The notes: generated from the sequence alone by a model not told the origin. A stretch of 64,000 nt of DNA from an uncultured Gemmatimonadales bacterium (GCA_963739455.1 CAVUAK010000001.1:2464001-2528000), one strand, 5' to 3'. Shown: positions 1 to 11,549, numbered from the stretch's first letter. Translations and numbers: made by a program.

Positions 1-860
1 GCGTTGTGCAGCGACGCCGGACCCACGGTGACGTTGCCGCGCGCATCGCGTTCGCGGATGCGGCCGATCGCGTCCCACGTCCCCACGTCGTCCCAGCGGA
101 ACGCGCCGCGAACCATCGCCACTGCCTGGCTCCGCTCGAGCACGCCGACGTCGATGGACACCGGTGTCAGTCCCTTGAAGAACCCTGCGACGTCGCCCTT
201 CGCGATATGATCGATCCACGGCGCGAGCTCCGGCGTGTGTGCCCTCACTTCTGCCGCGAGACGCTCCGCCGTCCACGCAAACAGCCCGCTGTTCCAGAGG
301 GCGCCCGCCGCCATCAGGTCGAGTGCCGTAGCGGCGTCGGGCTTCTCCTGGAATCGCGCCACGCGTGTAGCGTCGGCATCGAGCGCGGCGCCCGGCACGA
401 TGTACCCGTAGCCCGTCTCCGGCCGCGTCGGCACCATGCCCACCGTCACCAGCCGGTCGTGCGTCCGCGCCGTACGCAGCGCCAGGTCGGCCGTCTGCCG
501 GAACACCTCCGGCTCACCAATCCACCAGTCGGCATGCATCGACAGCACCGCCGCCTCGGCGTCGCGGCGACGCGCTTCGAGCGTGGCCCACACGAGGGCG
601 GGCGCCGTGGACGCGGCGCGGGGCTCGATCAGGATGTTGGCCTGCGGCAGAGCCAGCCGCTCGCGCAGCGGCTCGGCCAGGGCAGGGCCTGTCACGACCA
701 GGATCCGCTCCCGGGGGATGAACCCCTCCAGGCGCTCGACCGCCGCCTCCGCGGTGGAGCCGGGACCGGTCAACGGGAGCAGCTGCTTCGGTTGGCTGGG
801 GGTGCTGAGGGGCCAGAAGCGGGTGCCGGAGCCACCGGCGAGGATGACGCCCCAGTTCAC
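1..860 (-). CDS. manC: Mannose-1-phosphate guanylyltransferase (runs off the window start)
   Basis: Manual minus-strand translation from GTG at 860: MNWGVILAGGSGTRFWPLSTPSQPKQLLPL...NILIEPRAASTAPA. The start overlaps the upstream stop (GTGA). Confidence 0.85.
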   Translation of the reverse strand, partial: MNWGVILAGGSGTRFWPLSTPSQPKQLLPLTGPGSTAEAAVERLEGFIPRERILVVTGPALAEPLRERLALPQANILIEPRAASTAPALVWATLEARRRDAEAAVLSMHADWWIGEPEVFRQTADLALRTARTHDRLVTVGMVPTRPETGYGYIVPGAALDADATRVARFQEKPDAATALDLMAAGALWNSGLFAWTAERLAAEVRAHTPELAPWIDHIAKGDVAGFFKGLTPVSIDVGVLERSQAVAMVRGAFRWDDVGTWDAIGRIRERDARGNVTVGPASLHN

Positions 861-1210
861 AGGAGGGTCGCGAGCGCGGAGCGATGCCGGCGGAGGTCGT
901 ACAGCACCTGGCCGAAATTCGCGTCCGGCTCCACCAGCACCAGGAGCCAGCTCCCCGGCGCCGCAGGGGTGACGAGCAGTGTACCCTGGTCGCCTTCCAC
1001 CGCGATGGTCTGGACGCTCCCGAGCGCCGAGCCCTCCGCGAGGAGGCTCGCGTGACGGATCGCCGCCGCGGCGAGCGCCGCCATGGCGTCGGGATCGGAC
1101 GATGCCCGCCCTTCATGGGCGATCGGCAGGCCATCCATGGACGCGACGACCACCGCCTCGACCCCAGGTCGGTCGGCCAGTGCGCGAACAACCTCGCTCA
1201 AGCTGCTCAT
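857..1210 (-). CDS. Roadblock/LC7 domain protein (MglB-like)
   Basis: 117 aa; VEAVVVASMDGLPIA...AMAALAAA...LVLVEPDANFGQVLYDLRR matches the roadblock pattern. Confidence 0.8.
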   Translation of the reverse strand: MSSLSEVVRALADRPGVEAVVVASMDGLPIAHEGRASSDPDAMAALAAAAIRHASLLAEGSALGSVQTIAVEGDQGTLLVTPAAPGSWLLVLVEPDANFGQVLYDLRRHRSALATLL

Positions 1211-1327
1211 GCCAGGCTCATTTCGATGCAGGGGGGAAACGCTCGGCATTCTATGAAGCGGAATGGGCGAAGTCAAGAAAAATCCACGGGTTGACCACCC
1301 TCCGGACGAGGCCTAAGCTTCCCCGCC

Positions 1328-1903
1328 ATGCACCGATTCCATAGGGCCATCCCCCTGTTTTGCTCGCTGTTGTTTGCCGCCATTCTGGCTGCCTGCTCCA
1401 ACAACACCGACCTGCCGGAACCGACCGACGCCAACATCATCGACACCACCACGGTGTGGGCGCTGGACGGCACTGCCGTCACCGATCCGAGCGGGTTTTC
1501 CATCCCCGATCGCACCGCCGTGCGCACCGACCAGAGCGCCGCGTTCGATTTTGTCTTCAACATCGACAACTCGGGCAAGGCGGTCTTCCTGCCGATCGAC
1601 CTGCTCGGCCTCGGCTCCGTGTCCGGCCTCAACCCCGGACTGTACATCACGCCGACACCCTTCGACTCGATCAAGTCGGCGGTGACCGGTGACATGTATG
1701 TCTTCGATGATACGGTAGACGTCGTCGTCGGCAGCAGCTACTTCGTGCGCTCGCGCGTCGTGTGTACGACGCTCGCCGTGCCGCAGTATGGCAAGATCGA
1801 GGTCCTTTCAGTCGATCCGGTGGAAAAGTCGATGGTCTTCCGCTACCTGGTCAACAACAACTGCGGGTACCTGAGTCTCGAGCTGGGCTTTCCGAGGAAC
1901 TAG
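1328..1903 (+). CDS. Hypothetical lipoprotein
   Basis: Signal peptide with lipobox LAAC; coding-like codon usage. Confidence 0.75.
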   Translation: MHRFHRAIPLFCSLLFAAILAACSNNTDLPEPTDANIIDTTTVWALDGTAVTDPSGFSIPDRTAVRTDQSAAFDFVFNIDNSGKAVFLPIDLLGLGSVSGLNPGLYITPTPFDSIKSAVTGDMYVFDDTVDVVVGSSYFVRSRVVCTTLAVPQYGKIEVLSVDPVEKSMVFRYLVNNNCGYLSLELGFPRN

Positions 1904-1906
1904 GGC

Positions 1907-3190
1907 GTGATCGACATCAAGCGACTCCGCCAGGATCCCGACGGAACCCGGGCCGCGTTGGCGCGCCGCATGGACGCGTCGGCCATCGCGACGCTCGATC
2001 GCATCCTGGCGCTCGACGTGGCGCGCCGCGAGCTGCTCATCGCATCCGAGACCCTCAAGGCGAAGCGGAACGCCGAGACGGAGCAGGTTGCCCAGCTGAA
2101 ACGCACCGGCGCCCCGGCAGACGACCTGCTTGCCGCGCTGAAGGCGTCTTCCGACGAAATCAAGCTGATCGACTCACGACTGCGGACTGTCGACGCGCAG
2201 CTTGAGCCCGAGCTGCTCACCGTCCCCAATCTCCTCCTCGCCGACGTGCCCGACGGTGACGCCACGCAGAATCGCGTCACCCGCACCTGGGGCGAGATCC
2301 CCAAGTTCGACTTCACTCCGAAGCCGCACTGGGACCTCGGCACCGCACTCGGCATCCTCGACCTCGAGAATGGGGCCAAGATCGCCGGCTCCGGTTTCCC
2401 CATCCTGCGCGGCATGGGTGCGAAGCTGGTGCGCGCCCTCGCCAACTTCATGCTCGACCTGCACACGCAGGAGCACGGTTACGAGGAAGTGGCTCCGCCG
2501 TACCTGGTGAACAAGGCGTCGATGCAGGGCACCGGGCAGCTGCCCAAGTTCGGCGACGAGCTCTACACCGTTGGCGCGGATGGGCTCTATCTCATCCCCA
2601 CCAGTGAGGTGCCGCTCACCAACATCTACCGCGACACCATTCTCGACGCAGCATCGTTACCTGTTGCCGTCTGCGCCTGGACGCCCTGCTTTCGTCGTGA
2701 AGCAGGCGCCGCCGGCAAGGACACCCGCGGACTCATTCGCGTGCACCAGTTCGACAAGGTCGAGCTCGTGCGTCTCTGTCGCCCCGAGGACACCGACGCG
2801 CAGCACGAGCTCATCGCGCGCCAGGCGGAGACGGTGCTCGAGCGGCTGGAGCTGCCCTACCGTCGGCTCGCTCTCGCTGCGGGCGACACCGGCTTCCACA
2901 GTGCGCGCACCTGGGATCTCGAGGTCTGGGCTGCCGGTGTCGGCACCTGGCTCGAGGTGTCGAGCGCCAGCACGTTCACTGACTTCCAGGCGCGCCGCGC
3001 CAGCATCCGCTTCCGCCCGTCAGCCGGGGCCAAGCCCGAGTTCGTGCATACGCTGAACGCATCGGGCCTCGCCTTCCCGCGGACGATCATCGCCCTGCTC
3101 GAGAACAACCAGGCAGCGGACGGTTCGGTAAGGATCCCCGGCGCACTCGCGCCGTACCTCGGGACCGACCGGCTCGTCGCCCGTGCCTAG
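1907..3190 (+). CDS. serS: Serine--tRNA ligase
   Basis: MIDIKRLR start, FRREAG, RGLIRVHQFDKVE, EVSSAS, HTLNASGLA motifs. Confidence 0.97.
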   Translation: MIDIKRLRQDPDGTRAALARRMDASAIATLDRILALDVARRELLIASETLKAKRNAETEQVAQLKRTGAPADDLLAALKASSDEIKLIDSRLRTVDAQLEPELLTVPNLLLADVPDGDATQNRVTRTWGEIPKFDFTPKPHWDLGTALGILDLENGAKIAGSGFPILRGMGAKLVRALANFMLDLHTQEHGYEEVAPPYLVNKASMQGTGQLPKFGDELYTVGADGLYLIPTSEVPLTNIYRDTILDAASLPVAVCAWTPCFRREAGAAGKDTRGLIRVHQFDKVELVRLCRPEDTDAQHELIARQAETVLERLELPYRRLALAAGDTGFHSARTWDLEVWAAGVGTWLEVSSASTFTDFQARRASIRFRPSAGAKPEFVHTLNASGLAFPRTIIALLENNQAADGSVRIPGALAPYLGTDRLVARA

Positions 3191-4346
3191 GCAGGGGATC
3201 CGGCGCTTCGCGCCCGTGCTGATGGTGGTGCTGGTGACGCTGCTCGTGCTGCTCAGCGTCGCCACCAGTCTCTTCGTGGTGCGCCACTTCCGCCGTGAGG
3301 CCCAGAACGCCAGTAAGCTCTACGCCGGCGTGTTCACCGGGCTCAACGATCCCCGGCCCGGCGCCGAGGCCAGCGCGCTCCTCCGGCTCGGCGAGCACGT
3401 CAAGGAACTCGGCATGCCGCTCGTCGTCACCGACAAGACCGGTCGGGTGACCGCCTTCGACAACGTGCCGTTCCCCGCCACCATCGACGATCCGAAGCTG
3501 CGCGAATACGCTGCCCGCCTCGATGCGCGGAACCCGCCCGTGGTTGATTCCCTCGTCGGCACCATCCACTACGGTGGCATGCCCGCGGGACGCATCATCA
3601 CCACGCTGGTCGTGTTCGAGGCCGTCACCATTGCATTCATCGTCGGCATCGCCATCTTCGCCTATCGCGCCGCCATCGATTCCCAGCGCGATCGCGTCTG
3701 GGTCGCCATGGCCCGCGAGGCCGCACACCAGCTCGGCACGCCGCTCATGAGCCTGCACGGGTGGATCGAGACGCTGCGTTCGCGCCCGACGCCGCCGCCA
3801 GGGCTCGCCGATCACCTCATGGCCGATACCGAGCGTCTCGATCGCGTCGCCCAGCGCTTCGAGCGTATCGGCAATGCGCCTCGCAGTGAGTTGATCGGCC
3901 TCGGCGCCCTCGCCGATCGCGTCGCAGGCTACTTCCGGCCTCGCCTGCCCAAGCACGCCAACGCGATCGAGCTTCGCGTCGAGGCCGCCGGCCCCGGCCC
4001 CTCGGTGAAGGGCGATCCCGTGCTGCTCGAGTGGGCGCTCGAGGCGCTGGTGAAGAACGCCATCGACGCCCTCCAGGGTCGCGGGGGCACCATTACCATC
4101 CATGCGGAGGCCGCGCATGGGTCCGGTGAACTGCGCGTCATTGACGACGGCCCCGGCGTCCCGCGCGAAATCCGGCGCTCGATCTTCGAGCCGGGTATCA
4201 CCACGAAGGAACGCGGCTGGGGCATCGGGCTCGCCCTCGCCCGACGGGTCATTGAGGACGCGCACCACGGCAGGATCGAGCTCGACCCCCTGTCCGACAC
4301 CACGGCGTTCGTGATTCGCATTCCGCTCGCCGATCAGGAGGTCTAG
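3183..4346 (+). CDS. Membrane sensor histidine kinase
   Basis: Two TM segments, H-box EAAHQLGTPL, N-box LVKNAIDA, DDGPG, GWGIGL. Confidence 0.92.
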   Translation: MPRQGIRRFAPVLMVVLVTLLVLLSVATSLFVVRHFRREAQNASKLYAGVFTGLNDPRPGAEASALLRLGEHVKELGMPLVVTDKTGRVTAFDNVPFPATIDDPKLREYAARLDARNPPVVDSLVGTIHYGGMPAGRIITTLVVFEAVTIAFIVGIAIFAYRAAIDSQRDRVWVAMAREAAHQLGTPLMSLHGWIETLRSRPTPPPGLADHLMADTERLDRVAQRFERIGNAPRSELIGLGALADRVAGYFRPRLPKHANAIELRVEAAGPGPSVKGDPVLLEWALEALVKNAIDALQGRGGTITIHAEAAHGSGELRVIDDGPGVPREIRRSIFEPGITTKERGWGIGLALARRVIEDAHHGRIELDPLSDTTAFVIRIPLADQEV

Positions 4347-4350
4347 CTGG

Positions 4351-6629
4351 ATGGAGTGGCTTGAGGGACTGAATCCCGCACAGCGCGAGGCCGTGGAGCA
4401 CGTCCACGGTCCCATGCTCGTGCTCGCCGGCGCCGGCTCGGGGAAGACGCGCGTGCTCACTTCGCGCATCGTCAACCTCATCGAGCAGCACGGCGTGCCG
4501 GTGCAGCGCATCTTCGCCGTCACCTTCACCAACAAGGCCGCCGGCGAAATGAAGGCGCGCGTCGGTCGCATGCTCGGCCGCGACCCCGCCGGCCTCTGGA
4601 TCGGCACCTTCCACAGCCTCTCTGCCCGGCTGCTTCGGCGCGAGGCCGAGCTGCTCGGATTCACCCGCGCCTTCACCATCTACGACGAGGACGACCGCGA
4701 GGCGCTCGTGCGACGGCTGCTCGAGTCGAAGGGTCATTCGCCCAAGACCTTCACCCCGCGCGCTGTGTCGTCGGTCATTTCCTCGGCGAAGAACAAGATG
4801 CAGTCGCCGGAAGACCTCGCCGCGTCCAACCCGTTCGACCGACTCGCGAAGGTGGCCGCCGACGTCTACACCGCGCTCGGGCCCGCCATGCAGGCGGCCA
4901 ACGCGATGGACTTCGACGATCTCATGCTCCTGCCACTGCGCCTCTTCCGCGAGCATCCCGACCGTCTCGCCGCGTGGCGCGATCGCTTCGCCTTCATCCT
5001 GGTCGACGAGTTCCAGGACACCAACAAGGCGCAGTACGAAATGGTCCGTGCGCTCGGCGGACACGGCAACGTCATGGTGGTGGGTGACGACGACCAGTCC
5101 ATCTACGGCTGGCGCGGCGCCGACGTGAAGAACATGCGCCAGTTCCAGGAAGACTTCCCCGGCACGCAGGTGGTGAAGCTCGAGGAGAACTACCGCTCCT
5201 CGCAGGTGGTGCTCGATGCCGCCAACGCCGTCATCGCCGAGAATCGCGGACGCATGGGGAAGACGCTGGTGACGCGTCGGCGGGGCGGGGAATCGATCAC
5301 CCTCCTCACCGCCGCCGACGAGCGCGACGAGGCCGAGTGGATTGTCCGCGAGCTCCTGCGCCGTCGCCAGGCCAACGATTTCGAGCCCCGCGACATGGCG
5401 GTGCTCTATCGCACCAACTCGCAGTCCCGCGCCATGGAAGAGGCCTTCCGTCGCGCCGGCATGCCCTATCGCCTCATCGGCGCCATCAGCTTCTACGACC
5501 GGCGCGAGGTGAAGGACCTGCTGGCGTACCTGCGCCTCATCGCCAATCCGCGCGACGACGCGGCCTTCCTCCGCGCCATCGCCGTCCCCCGTCGCGGCCT
5601 GGGTGACACCAGCCTCGCCACGCTCACGGAGGTCGCATCGAGCGTGGAACCAGCCGCTGCTCGCCGTCGCCCGCGCCGCCGATCGCGCACCCGAGCTCCG
5701 GCCCAACGTGCGCATCGCATTGCTGGCGTTTGCTCAGCTGGTCGATTCGCTCGCGGCGCAGGCCCAGACCTTGGCGCCCGCCGACGTGCTCGAGCGGCTC
5801 ATCGAGGCGATCAAGTACGAGCAGGTGCTGATGACCGAGGCCGACGGCGCCGATCGCTGGGACAACGTGCGGGAGCTGGTGGCCGCCACCGCGGAGTGGT
5901 CGGAGGTGGCTGGGGAGGAGGACGAACCTTCGACTCCATTGGAGCGGTTCCTCACGGAGGCAGCACTTCTCTCCGGCAACGACAAGCTCGCCGGCAGCGA
6001 GGACGGCGTCACCCTCATGACGCTGCATACCGCCAAGGGTCTCGAGTGGCCCCTTGTCGTCATGTCTGGTCTCGAGCACGGCCTCTTTCCCCTCGCCCGC
6101 TCCGAGGAGACCCCCGGCGGACTCGAGGAGGAGCGTCGCCTCTGCTACGTCGGCCTCACCCGCTCGCGCGACAAGCTCTACCTCACCTGGGCCCAGACTC
6201 GGCGCCGGGGCGGGGAGCTCCGTCACTCCATCCGGTCCAAGTTCGTCGACGCCGTTCCGCCCGAGATAGTGGATGAACAGCGCAGTTCGCTGGTATTCTC
6301 CGTGGGTCGCCAGGGCGGCGGCATGACCGCCGGGCGCTACAGCGGCTGGGGACGCCAGCGCGCAGCGCGACGATGCACCGATGCGTCCTTCATGTCGTCC
6401 GCCGCAGGCGGCCCTGCCGCCTGCCGCCGAGGAGGCGTCACAGGACGCCCCGCGCTATGTAAAGGGTGAACGGGTCCGGCACCGCAGGTTCGGCAGCGGC
6501 AAGATTCAGGGACTTATCGGCACCGGACGCGACCTCAAGGTCTCCGTGGCCTTCGATGACGAAACGATTGGCGTCAAGCAACTCCTCGTTGCCTACGCCG
6601 GTCTCGAACGCGATTGGGAGGGAGCATGA
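4351..6629 (+). CDS. pcrA: ATP-dependent DNA helicase UvrD/PcrA (split by frameshifts near 5640 and 6360-6380)
   Basis: AGAGSGKTR, LVDEFQDTN, LMTLHTAKGLE, EEERRLCYVGLTR and a C-terminal Tudor-like GERVRHRRFGSG, spread over three consecutive frames. Confidence 0.92.
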
Positions 6630-6929
6630 GCGGTATCACGAAGGACGACGTCCTGCACGTGGCCCGGCTGTCGGCACTCGAAGTGCCCGACGCCGAGCTC
6701 GATCACCTGGTGGACCAGCTGCAGCGCATCGTGGCCATGGTCGACCAGCTGGGCGAGGTCACCGTGGCAGGGAAGGCGCCGCCGTTCAACGCCGGCCCCG
6801 CCCAGGTCGAGCTGCGCGCCGACGTCATCGCTCCTGTGCCACTCGCTCACGCTCCGAGCACAGTTCGGCCCCGGCTTCGCCGGAGAGTTCTTCTCGGTGC
6901 CACGCCACACCGCGATGGAGGAAGGATGA
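6626..6929 (+). CDS. gatC: Asp/Glu-tRNA amidotransferase subunit C (frameshift near 6860)
   Basis: ITKDDVLHVARLSAL...LRAD. The true end [21 protein letters not shown] lies in another frame and overlaps the gatA start (ATGA). Confidence 0.88.
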
Positions 6930-8317
6930 AGGCCGCCGAGATCGCGAAGGTCGTCGCTGCTCGCCTCACCGAGAGCGATGCTTCCGGCCTGAACGCCACT
7001 CTTGACTGGTCACCCGGCCTGCTCGAGCGCGAGGCCGCGCGTGTCGATGCCATGACGGCCACGATGCCGCTCCACGCCATGCCCATCGCGGTGAAGGACA
7101 ACATCGTCACCACCGAGCAGCCCAGCACCTGCGCGTCGAAGATTCTCGAGGGCTACACCAGCCCGTTCAACGCCACTGCCATCGATCGCCTCCGCGCCGC
7201 CGGTGCCATGGTGGCCTGCAAGGCGAACATGGATGAGTTCGCCATGGGCTCCTCCACCGAGAACAGCGCCTTCGGCCGGGTGAAGAACCCGATCGATCAT
7301 TCCCGCGTGCCGGGCGGTTCCAGCGGCGGATCCGCCGCCCTCGTTGCCGCCGGCGTCGTCCCCACCGCACTCGGCTCCGAGACCGGCGGCTCCGTGCGGC
7401 AGCCCGCCAGCTTCTGCGGCATCGTCGGCATCAAGCCCAGCTACGGACGCGTTAGCCGTCATGGCCTCATCGCCTTCGGCTCATCGCTCGACTGCATTTC
7501 CGTCTTCGGCAACAACGTCGCCAACGCTGCCGCCGTGCTCGGCGTCATGAGCGGGCACGATCCCCTCGACGCCACCACCGCGCGCCAGCCCTCGCTCCCG
7601 CTCTCGCCCGGCGATCTCCCCGATCTCAAGAACCTCGTCGTCGGGCTGCCGCGCGAGTACTACCCCGACGATCTCGACCCCGGCGTGCGTGCCGGGCTCG
7701 ATCGCACCATCGCCGCCGTCCGCGCACAGGGCGCCGAGGTTCGCGAAGTGTCGCTGCCGCACTCGAAGTACGCGGTGCCCACCTACTACATCGTGGCTCC
7801 CGCCGAGGCGGCGTCGAACCTGGCGCGGTTCGATGGCGTGCGTTACGGGCTCCGCCGTCTCAAGGATGGAGACGACGTCGCCGACATGTACCGCCGCACC
7901 CGCGGCGAGGGCTTCGGCCCCGAGGTGCGTCGCCGCATCCTCGTCGGCACCTATGTGCTGAGCGCCGGCTACTACGACGCCTACTACGGCAAGGCACAGG
8001 CGGTCCGCGCGCTCATTGCCGAGGATTTTCGCAAGGTGTTTGCGGGTGGGGTGGACCTGCTGCTAACCCCGACAACGCCAACACCCGCCTTCAAGGCTGG
8101 CGAGAAGGCCGACGATCCCGTCGCGATGTACTACGCCGACATCTTCGTCTGCGCCATCAGCCTCGCCGGTCTTCCGGCAATGAGCATTCCCGTCGGCCGG
8201 AGCGCCGGCCTTCCCATCGGCGCCCAGATCATCGCCCCGATGTTCGAGGAACAGCGTATGCTCGCCGCCGCGCAGGTGCTCGAGCGCGTTGTGAGTGCCA
8301 CGGAAGAGGTGCGCTGA
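6926..8317 (+). CDS. gatA: Asp/Glu-tRNA amidotransferase subunit A
   Basis: Amidase signature [49 protein letters not shown]. Confidence 0.96.
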   Translation: MKAAEIAKVVAARLTESDASGLNATLDWSPGLLEREAARVDAMTATMPLHAMPIAVKDNIVTTEQPSTCASKILEGYTSPFNATAIDRLRAAGAMVACKANMDEFAMGSSTENSAFGRVKNPIDHSRVPGGSSGGSAALVAAGVVPTALGSETGGSVRQPASFCGIVGIKPSYGRVSRHGLIAFGSSLDCISVFGNNVANAAAVLGVMSGHDPLDATTARQPSLPLSPGDLPDLKNLVVGLPREYYPDDLDPGVRAGLDRTIAAVRAQGAEVREVSLPHSKYAVPTYYIVAPAEAASNLARFDGVRYGLRRLKDGDDVADMYRRTRGEGFGPEVRRRILVGTYVLSAGYYDAYYGKAQAVRALIAEDFRKVFAGGVDLLLTPTTPTPAFKAGEKADDPVAMYYADIFVCAISLAGLPAMSIPVGRSAGLPIGAQIIAPMFEEQRMLAAAQVLERVVSATEEVR

Positions 8318-9738
8318 TGACCTGGGAATGCGTTATCGGACTCGAAGTCCACGTGCAGCTCGGCACAGCCACCAAGATGTTCTGCGCCGCCGCCAACTCG
8401 TACGGTGAGCCGCCCAACACGCTCATCGACCCCTACACGCTCGGCCTGCCGGGCGCGCTGCCGGTGCCCAACGCCGAAGCGGTGCGCCTCGGTACCCGCG
8501 CGGCGCTCGCCCTCGGCTGCACCGTGCATCCCGTCAGCATCTTTGCGCGCAAGCATTACTTCTATCCCGACCTCCCCAAGGGATACCAGATCTCGCAGTT
8601 CGAGGAGCCGCTGGCGACGAAGGGCGCCGTCACCATCGAGTCGCCCGAGCGCGGGCGCATCAGCATCGGTGTCACCCGACTCCATCTCGAGGAAGATGCC
8701 GGCAAGTCGCTGCACGACCGTCTCCCTGGTCGAACAGCCGTCGATCTCAACCGCGCTGGCGTCCCGCTCGCCGAGATCGTGAGCGAGCCCGACATGCGGA
8801 GCGCCGCAGAGGCGCGCGCCTATCTCACGCTCCTGCGTCAGCTCCTGGTCTACTCCGGCGTATCGGAGTGCAGCATGGAGAAGGGCACCCTCCGCGTCGA
8901 CGCGAACGTCTCTATCCGCAAGGTCGGCGACGAGAAGCTTGGCACCAAGACCGAGGTGAAGAACCTCAACAGCTTCGCCAACGTCGAGCGCGCCATCGAG
9001 GTCGAGCGCGAACGCCAGATCGCGATACTTGAGTCGGGTGGCCGGATTTCCCAGGAGACTCGCCTCTACAACGCGAACACCGGCACCACGAAGGCGTTGC
9101 GCTCCAAGGAAGAGAGCCACGATTACCGCTATTTCCCCGATCCTGATCTCCCGCCGCTCGTGCTGGAGCAAAGCTGGATCGATGAGCAGCGCGCCACGCT
9201 CCCCGAGCTCCCCGAGGCCAAGCGCGAGCGCTTCGCCAGTGAGCATGGCCTGCCGGTGTATCACGCCGCCACATTGACACTCGAGCAACCCGTCGCCGAG
9301 TTCTTCGAGAAGACGGTGCAGGCAGGTGCCGAGCCCAAGGCCGCCGCTGACTGGATCCTGGAGACGGTGCTCACCGTCTACAACGACAGCGGCACCTTTC
9401 CGGTCACCCCCGATCGCCTCGCCGCACTCATCGGCTTGGTGAAGGCCGGCACCGTCAGCAAGCAGGCCGCGAAGACGGTCTACGCCGAACTACTCACCAC
9501 GAGCGACGCGCCGGCCGACATCGCCAACCGCCTTGGCCTCGTGCAGGTCAGCGACTCAGGCCAGGTGGGCAAGTGGGTGGATGAGGTGCTCGCCGCGCAT
9601 CCCGCTGAAGTGGCCCGTTTCAAGGGCGGGGAAGCGAAGCTGATCGGGTTTCTGGTGGGCCAGGTCATGAAGAAGAGCGGAGGCAAGGCCGATCCCAAGG
9701 CTGTACAGCCAGTGTTGCAAGGGAAGCTCTCCGAATGA
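8317..9738 (+). CDS. gatB: Asp/Glu-tRNA amidotransferase subunit B
   Basis: VIGLEVHVQL, RKHYFYPDLPKGYQISQ, DYRYFPDPDLPP. Confidence 0.97.
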   Translation: MTWECVIGLEVHVQLGTATKMFCAAANSYGEPPNTLIDPYTLGLPGALPVPNAEAVRLGTRAALALGCTVHPVSIFARKHYFYPDLPKGYQISQFEEPLATKGAVTIESPERGRISIGVTRLHLEEDAGKSLHDRLPGRTAVDLNRAGVPLAEIVSEPDMRSAAEARAYLTLLRQLLVYSGVSECSMEKGTLRVDANVSIRKVGDEKLGTKTEVKNLNSFANVERAIEVERERQIAILESGGRISQETRLYNANTGTTKALRSKEESHDYRYFPDPDLPPLVLEQSWIDEQRATLPELPEAKRERFASEHGLPVYHAATLTLEQPVAEFFEKTVQAGAEPKAAADWILETVLTVYNDSGTFPVTPDRLAALIGLVKAGTVSKQAAKTVYAELLTTSDAPADIANRLGLVQVSDSGQVGKWVDEVLAAHPAEVARFKGGEAKLIGFLVGQVMKKSGGKADPKAVQPVLQGKLSE

Positions 9739-9782
9739 TTTCCAGTTAGGAGGGCACCAGCACCCACAAATTCTCCGTGACA

Positions 9783-9810
9783 CGTCCTGAAGCGTCCCGA
9801 CTTCAGGACG
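9783..9810. terminator. Stem-loop after gatB
   Basis: CGTCCTGAAG-N8-CTTCAGGACG, a 10-bp stem with no strong U tract. Confidence 0.4.
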
Positions 9811-9830
9811 GTTGCACTCGCACCGACCGC

Positions 9831-9848
9831 ATGGGCCGATCGTCCCAC
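9831..9848. promoter_or_regulatory. Imperfect palindrome, candidate operator
   Basis: ATGGGCCGATCGTCCCAC, 16/18 identical to the perfect palindrome at 60235-60252. Confidence 0.35.
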
Positions 9849-9946
9849 CTTGCGGCTCCCATACTCGCAGCCTACCTACCGAGGGATCCCCAACGTCCCT
9901 GAAGATCCGTGCAGATATTGGGATCCGCTCCTTCGAGGAGGTATGC

Positions 9947-11548
9947 GTGATCCGGTTGCTGTCACTGGTCAGGCGGTGCCGTCAGGTGGCGATTTCATTG
10001 CCCTTGTTGGTGCTGCTTGGATGCGGAGGAGGGAGCGAACCGATACAGGGTGGCGTGTTGCCAATACTGGACGCCATCAGTCCCGCCTCGGTCGACGCCG
10101 GTAGTCCGGCGTTCACGTTGGTTCTTACCGGACGCGCCTTCGCGACCGACGCAATAGTGCGCTGGGGTGGAGCTCCCCGAACCACCGTATATGTCAGCGC
10201 CACCGAGGTACGTGCCTCAATCGAGGCAAGCGACGTCGCTGCCATCGGCTCAGTGGACGTTGTCGTGGAGAATCCGGGCGACGGAGGCGGGACTTCGGCC
10301 GGCCGGCCCTTCGACATAGCTGTACCCTCCACGCACGGGGCGCCCGCCATCTCATCCATCGCCCCGGTGCAGGCACCGGTCGGCAGCCCTGGGCTGACGC
10401 TGACCCTGCATGGTACAGGGTTCGGTCCGTTCCCGTATGTGTCGTGGAATGGGTCTCCAAGACCAGCCACATTCGTGAGCTCGACGGTCATTACGATGGC
10501 CGTTACGGCTGAGGATCTCGCGGTCGCCGGCATTGTGACGGTAGCAGCCGAGTCGTCCCCACCGGGCGGTGGAGTGGGTAATATCCTGCTGTTCACGGTC
10601 CTGCCGGCGGGTGCGCTGACCGTGGCCACCCTCGATCTGCCAGCCTACGACTTGATGAATGACCCTGCGAGCGGAGTCCTCTACGCCGCCGTCGCGGGCA
10701 CTGGGGGGACCCGCGCCAACAGCCTCACGAAGATCAGCCCCCACACCGCGACAATTGGCACATCGGTGTTCGTGGGCAGCGAACCGAGGCGGATCTCGCG
10801 CTCCGACGACGGCCACTACTTCTATATCGCTCTCGGCGGCGCCGCGGCTGTGCGCCGGTATGACGTCCCGGCCGATGTCGCCGATCTCCAGTTCCCTCTC
10901 GGAACCGACGCGACCTTCGGTCCGATGTACGCCGAAGACATCGCAGTGTTGCCTGGTCAGCCGCATACGGTGGCGGTCTCCACCATGTATACCTCGATCT
11001 CGCCTCGACATGCCGGAGTGCGGATCTACGACGATGGGGTGGTGCGCCCGGCTGCGACCCCGTCCCACACGGGCAGCAACGAGATAGAGGCCGCTTCAGC
11101 TACGACGCTCTACGGTGCCGACAACGAGGGTTCGGGGGGTGGTTTCTACACGATGAGCATCACTGCCGCTGGCGTAGCAATTACCGATGTCATCGGCAGT
11201 TTCTCAGGCGGCCCGATGACACTTGCCGGGGGAAGGGTCTATACCACTGGGGGAAAGGTCATCGATCCGGAAGCGGGGCTGATTGTTGGCACCTTCGCGG
11301 GCGCCTACGGCGCAATGGCCGTCGACCTGCCCAACGACAGGATCTTCTACTTGTACAACGGCGACATTCTCGTGTATCAGATTTCGAACTTCGCATATGT
11401 CGGTGCCATTGCGCACGTGGCCGGATCCAACACAGGCCAGCTCGTGCGCTGGGGGACAAACGGATTGGCGTTCATCGAAGGCAGGCTTTTCAATAATCCT
11501 GGCAACACGGTGTACCTGGTGACCACGACCTTCCTGCCTTCGCCCTGA
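9947..11548 (+). CDS. Lipoprotein with two IPT/TIG-like Ig domains and a beta-propeller
   Basis: GAGGAG then GTG; lipobox LLGC; two P-x-I-x-x-I-x-P...L-x-L-x-G-x-x-F repeats; propeller-like blades (VGSEPRRISRSDDG, LVRWGTNGLAF). Confidence 0.75.
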   Translation: MIRLLSLVRRCRQVAISLPLLVLLGCGGGSEPIQGGVLPILDAISPASVDAGSPAFTLVLTGRAFATDAIVRWGGAPRTTVYVSATEVRASIEASDVAAIGSVDVVVENPGDGGGTSAGRPFDIAVPSTHGAPAISSIAPVQAPVGSPGLTLTLHGTGFGPFPYVSWNGSPRPATFVSSTVITMAVTAEDLAVAGIVTVAAESSPPGGGVGNILLFTVLPAGALTVATLDLPAYDLMNDPASGVLYAAVAGTGGTRANSLTKISPHTATIGTSVFVGSEPRRISRSDDGHYFYIALGGAAAVRRYDVPADVADLQFPLGTDATFGPMYAEDIAVLPGQPHTVAVSTMYTSISPRHAGVRIYDDGVVRPAATPSHTGSNEIEAASATTLYGADNEGSGGGFYTMSITAAGVAITDVIGSFSGGPMTLAGGRVYTTGGKVIDPEAGLIVGTFAGAYGAMAVDLPNDRIFYLYNGDILVYQISNFAYVGAIAHVAGSNTGQLVRWGTNGLAFIEGRLFNNPGNTVYLVTTTFLPSP

Positions 11549-11549
11549 G

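Noticed and set aside
6614..8317. GatC-GatA fusion protein
   Set aside because: The normal GatC C-terminus and an ATGA stop/start overlap exist in another frame, so the fusion is an indel artefact.
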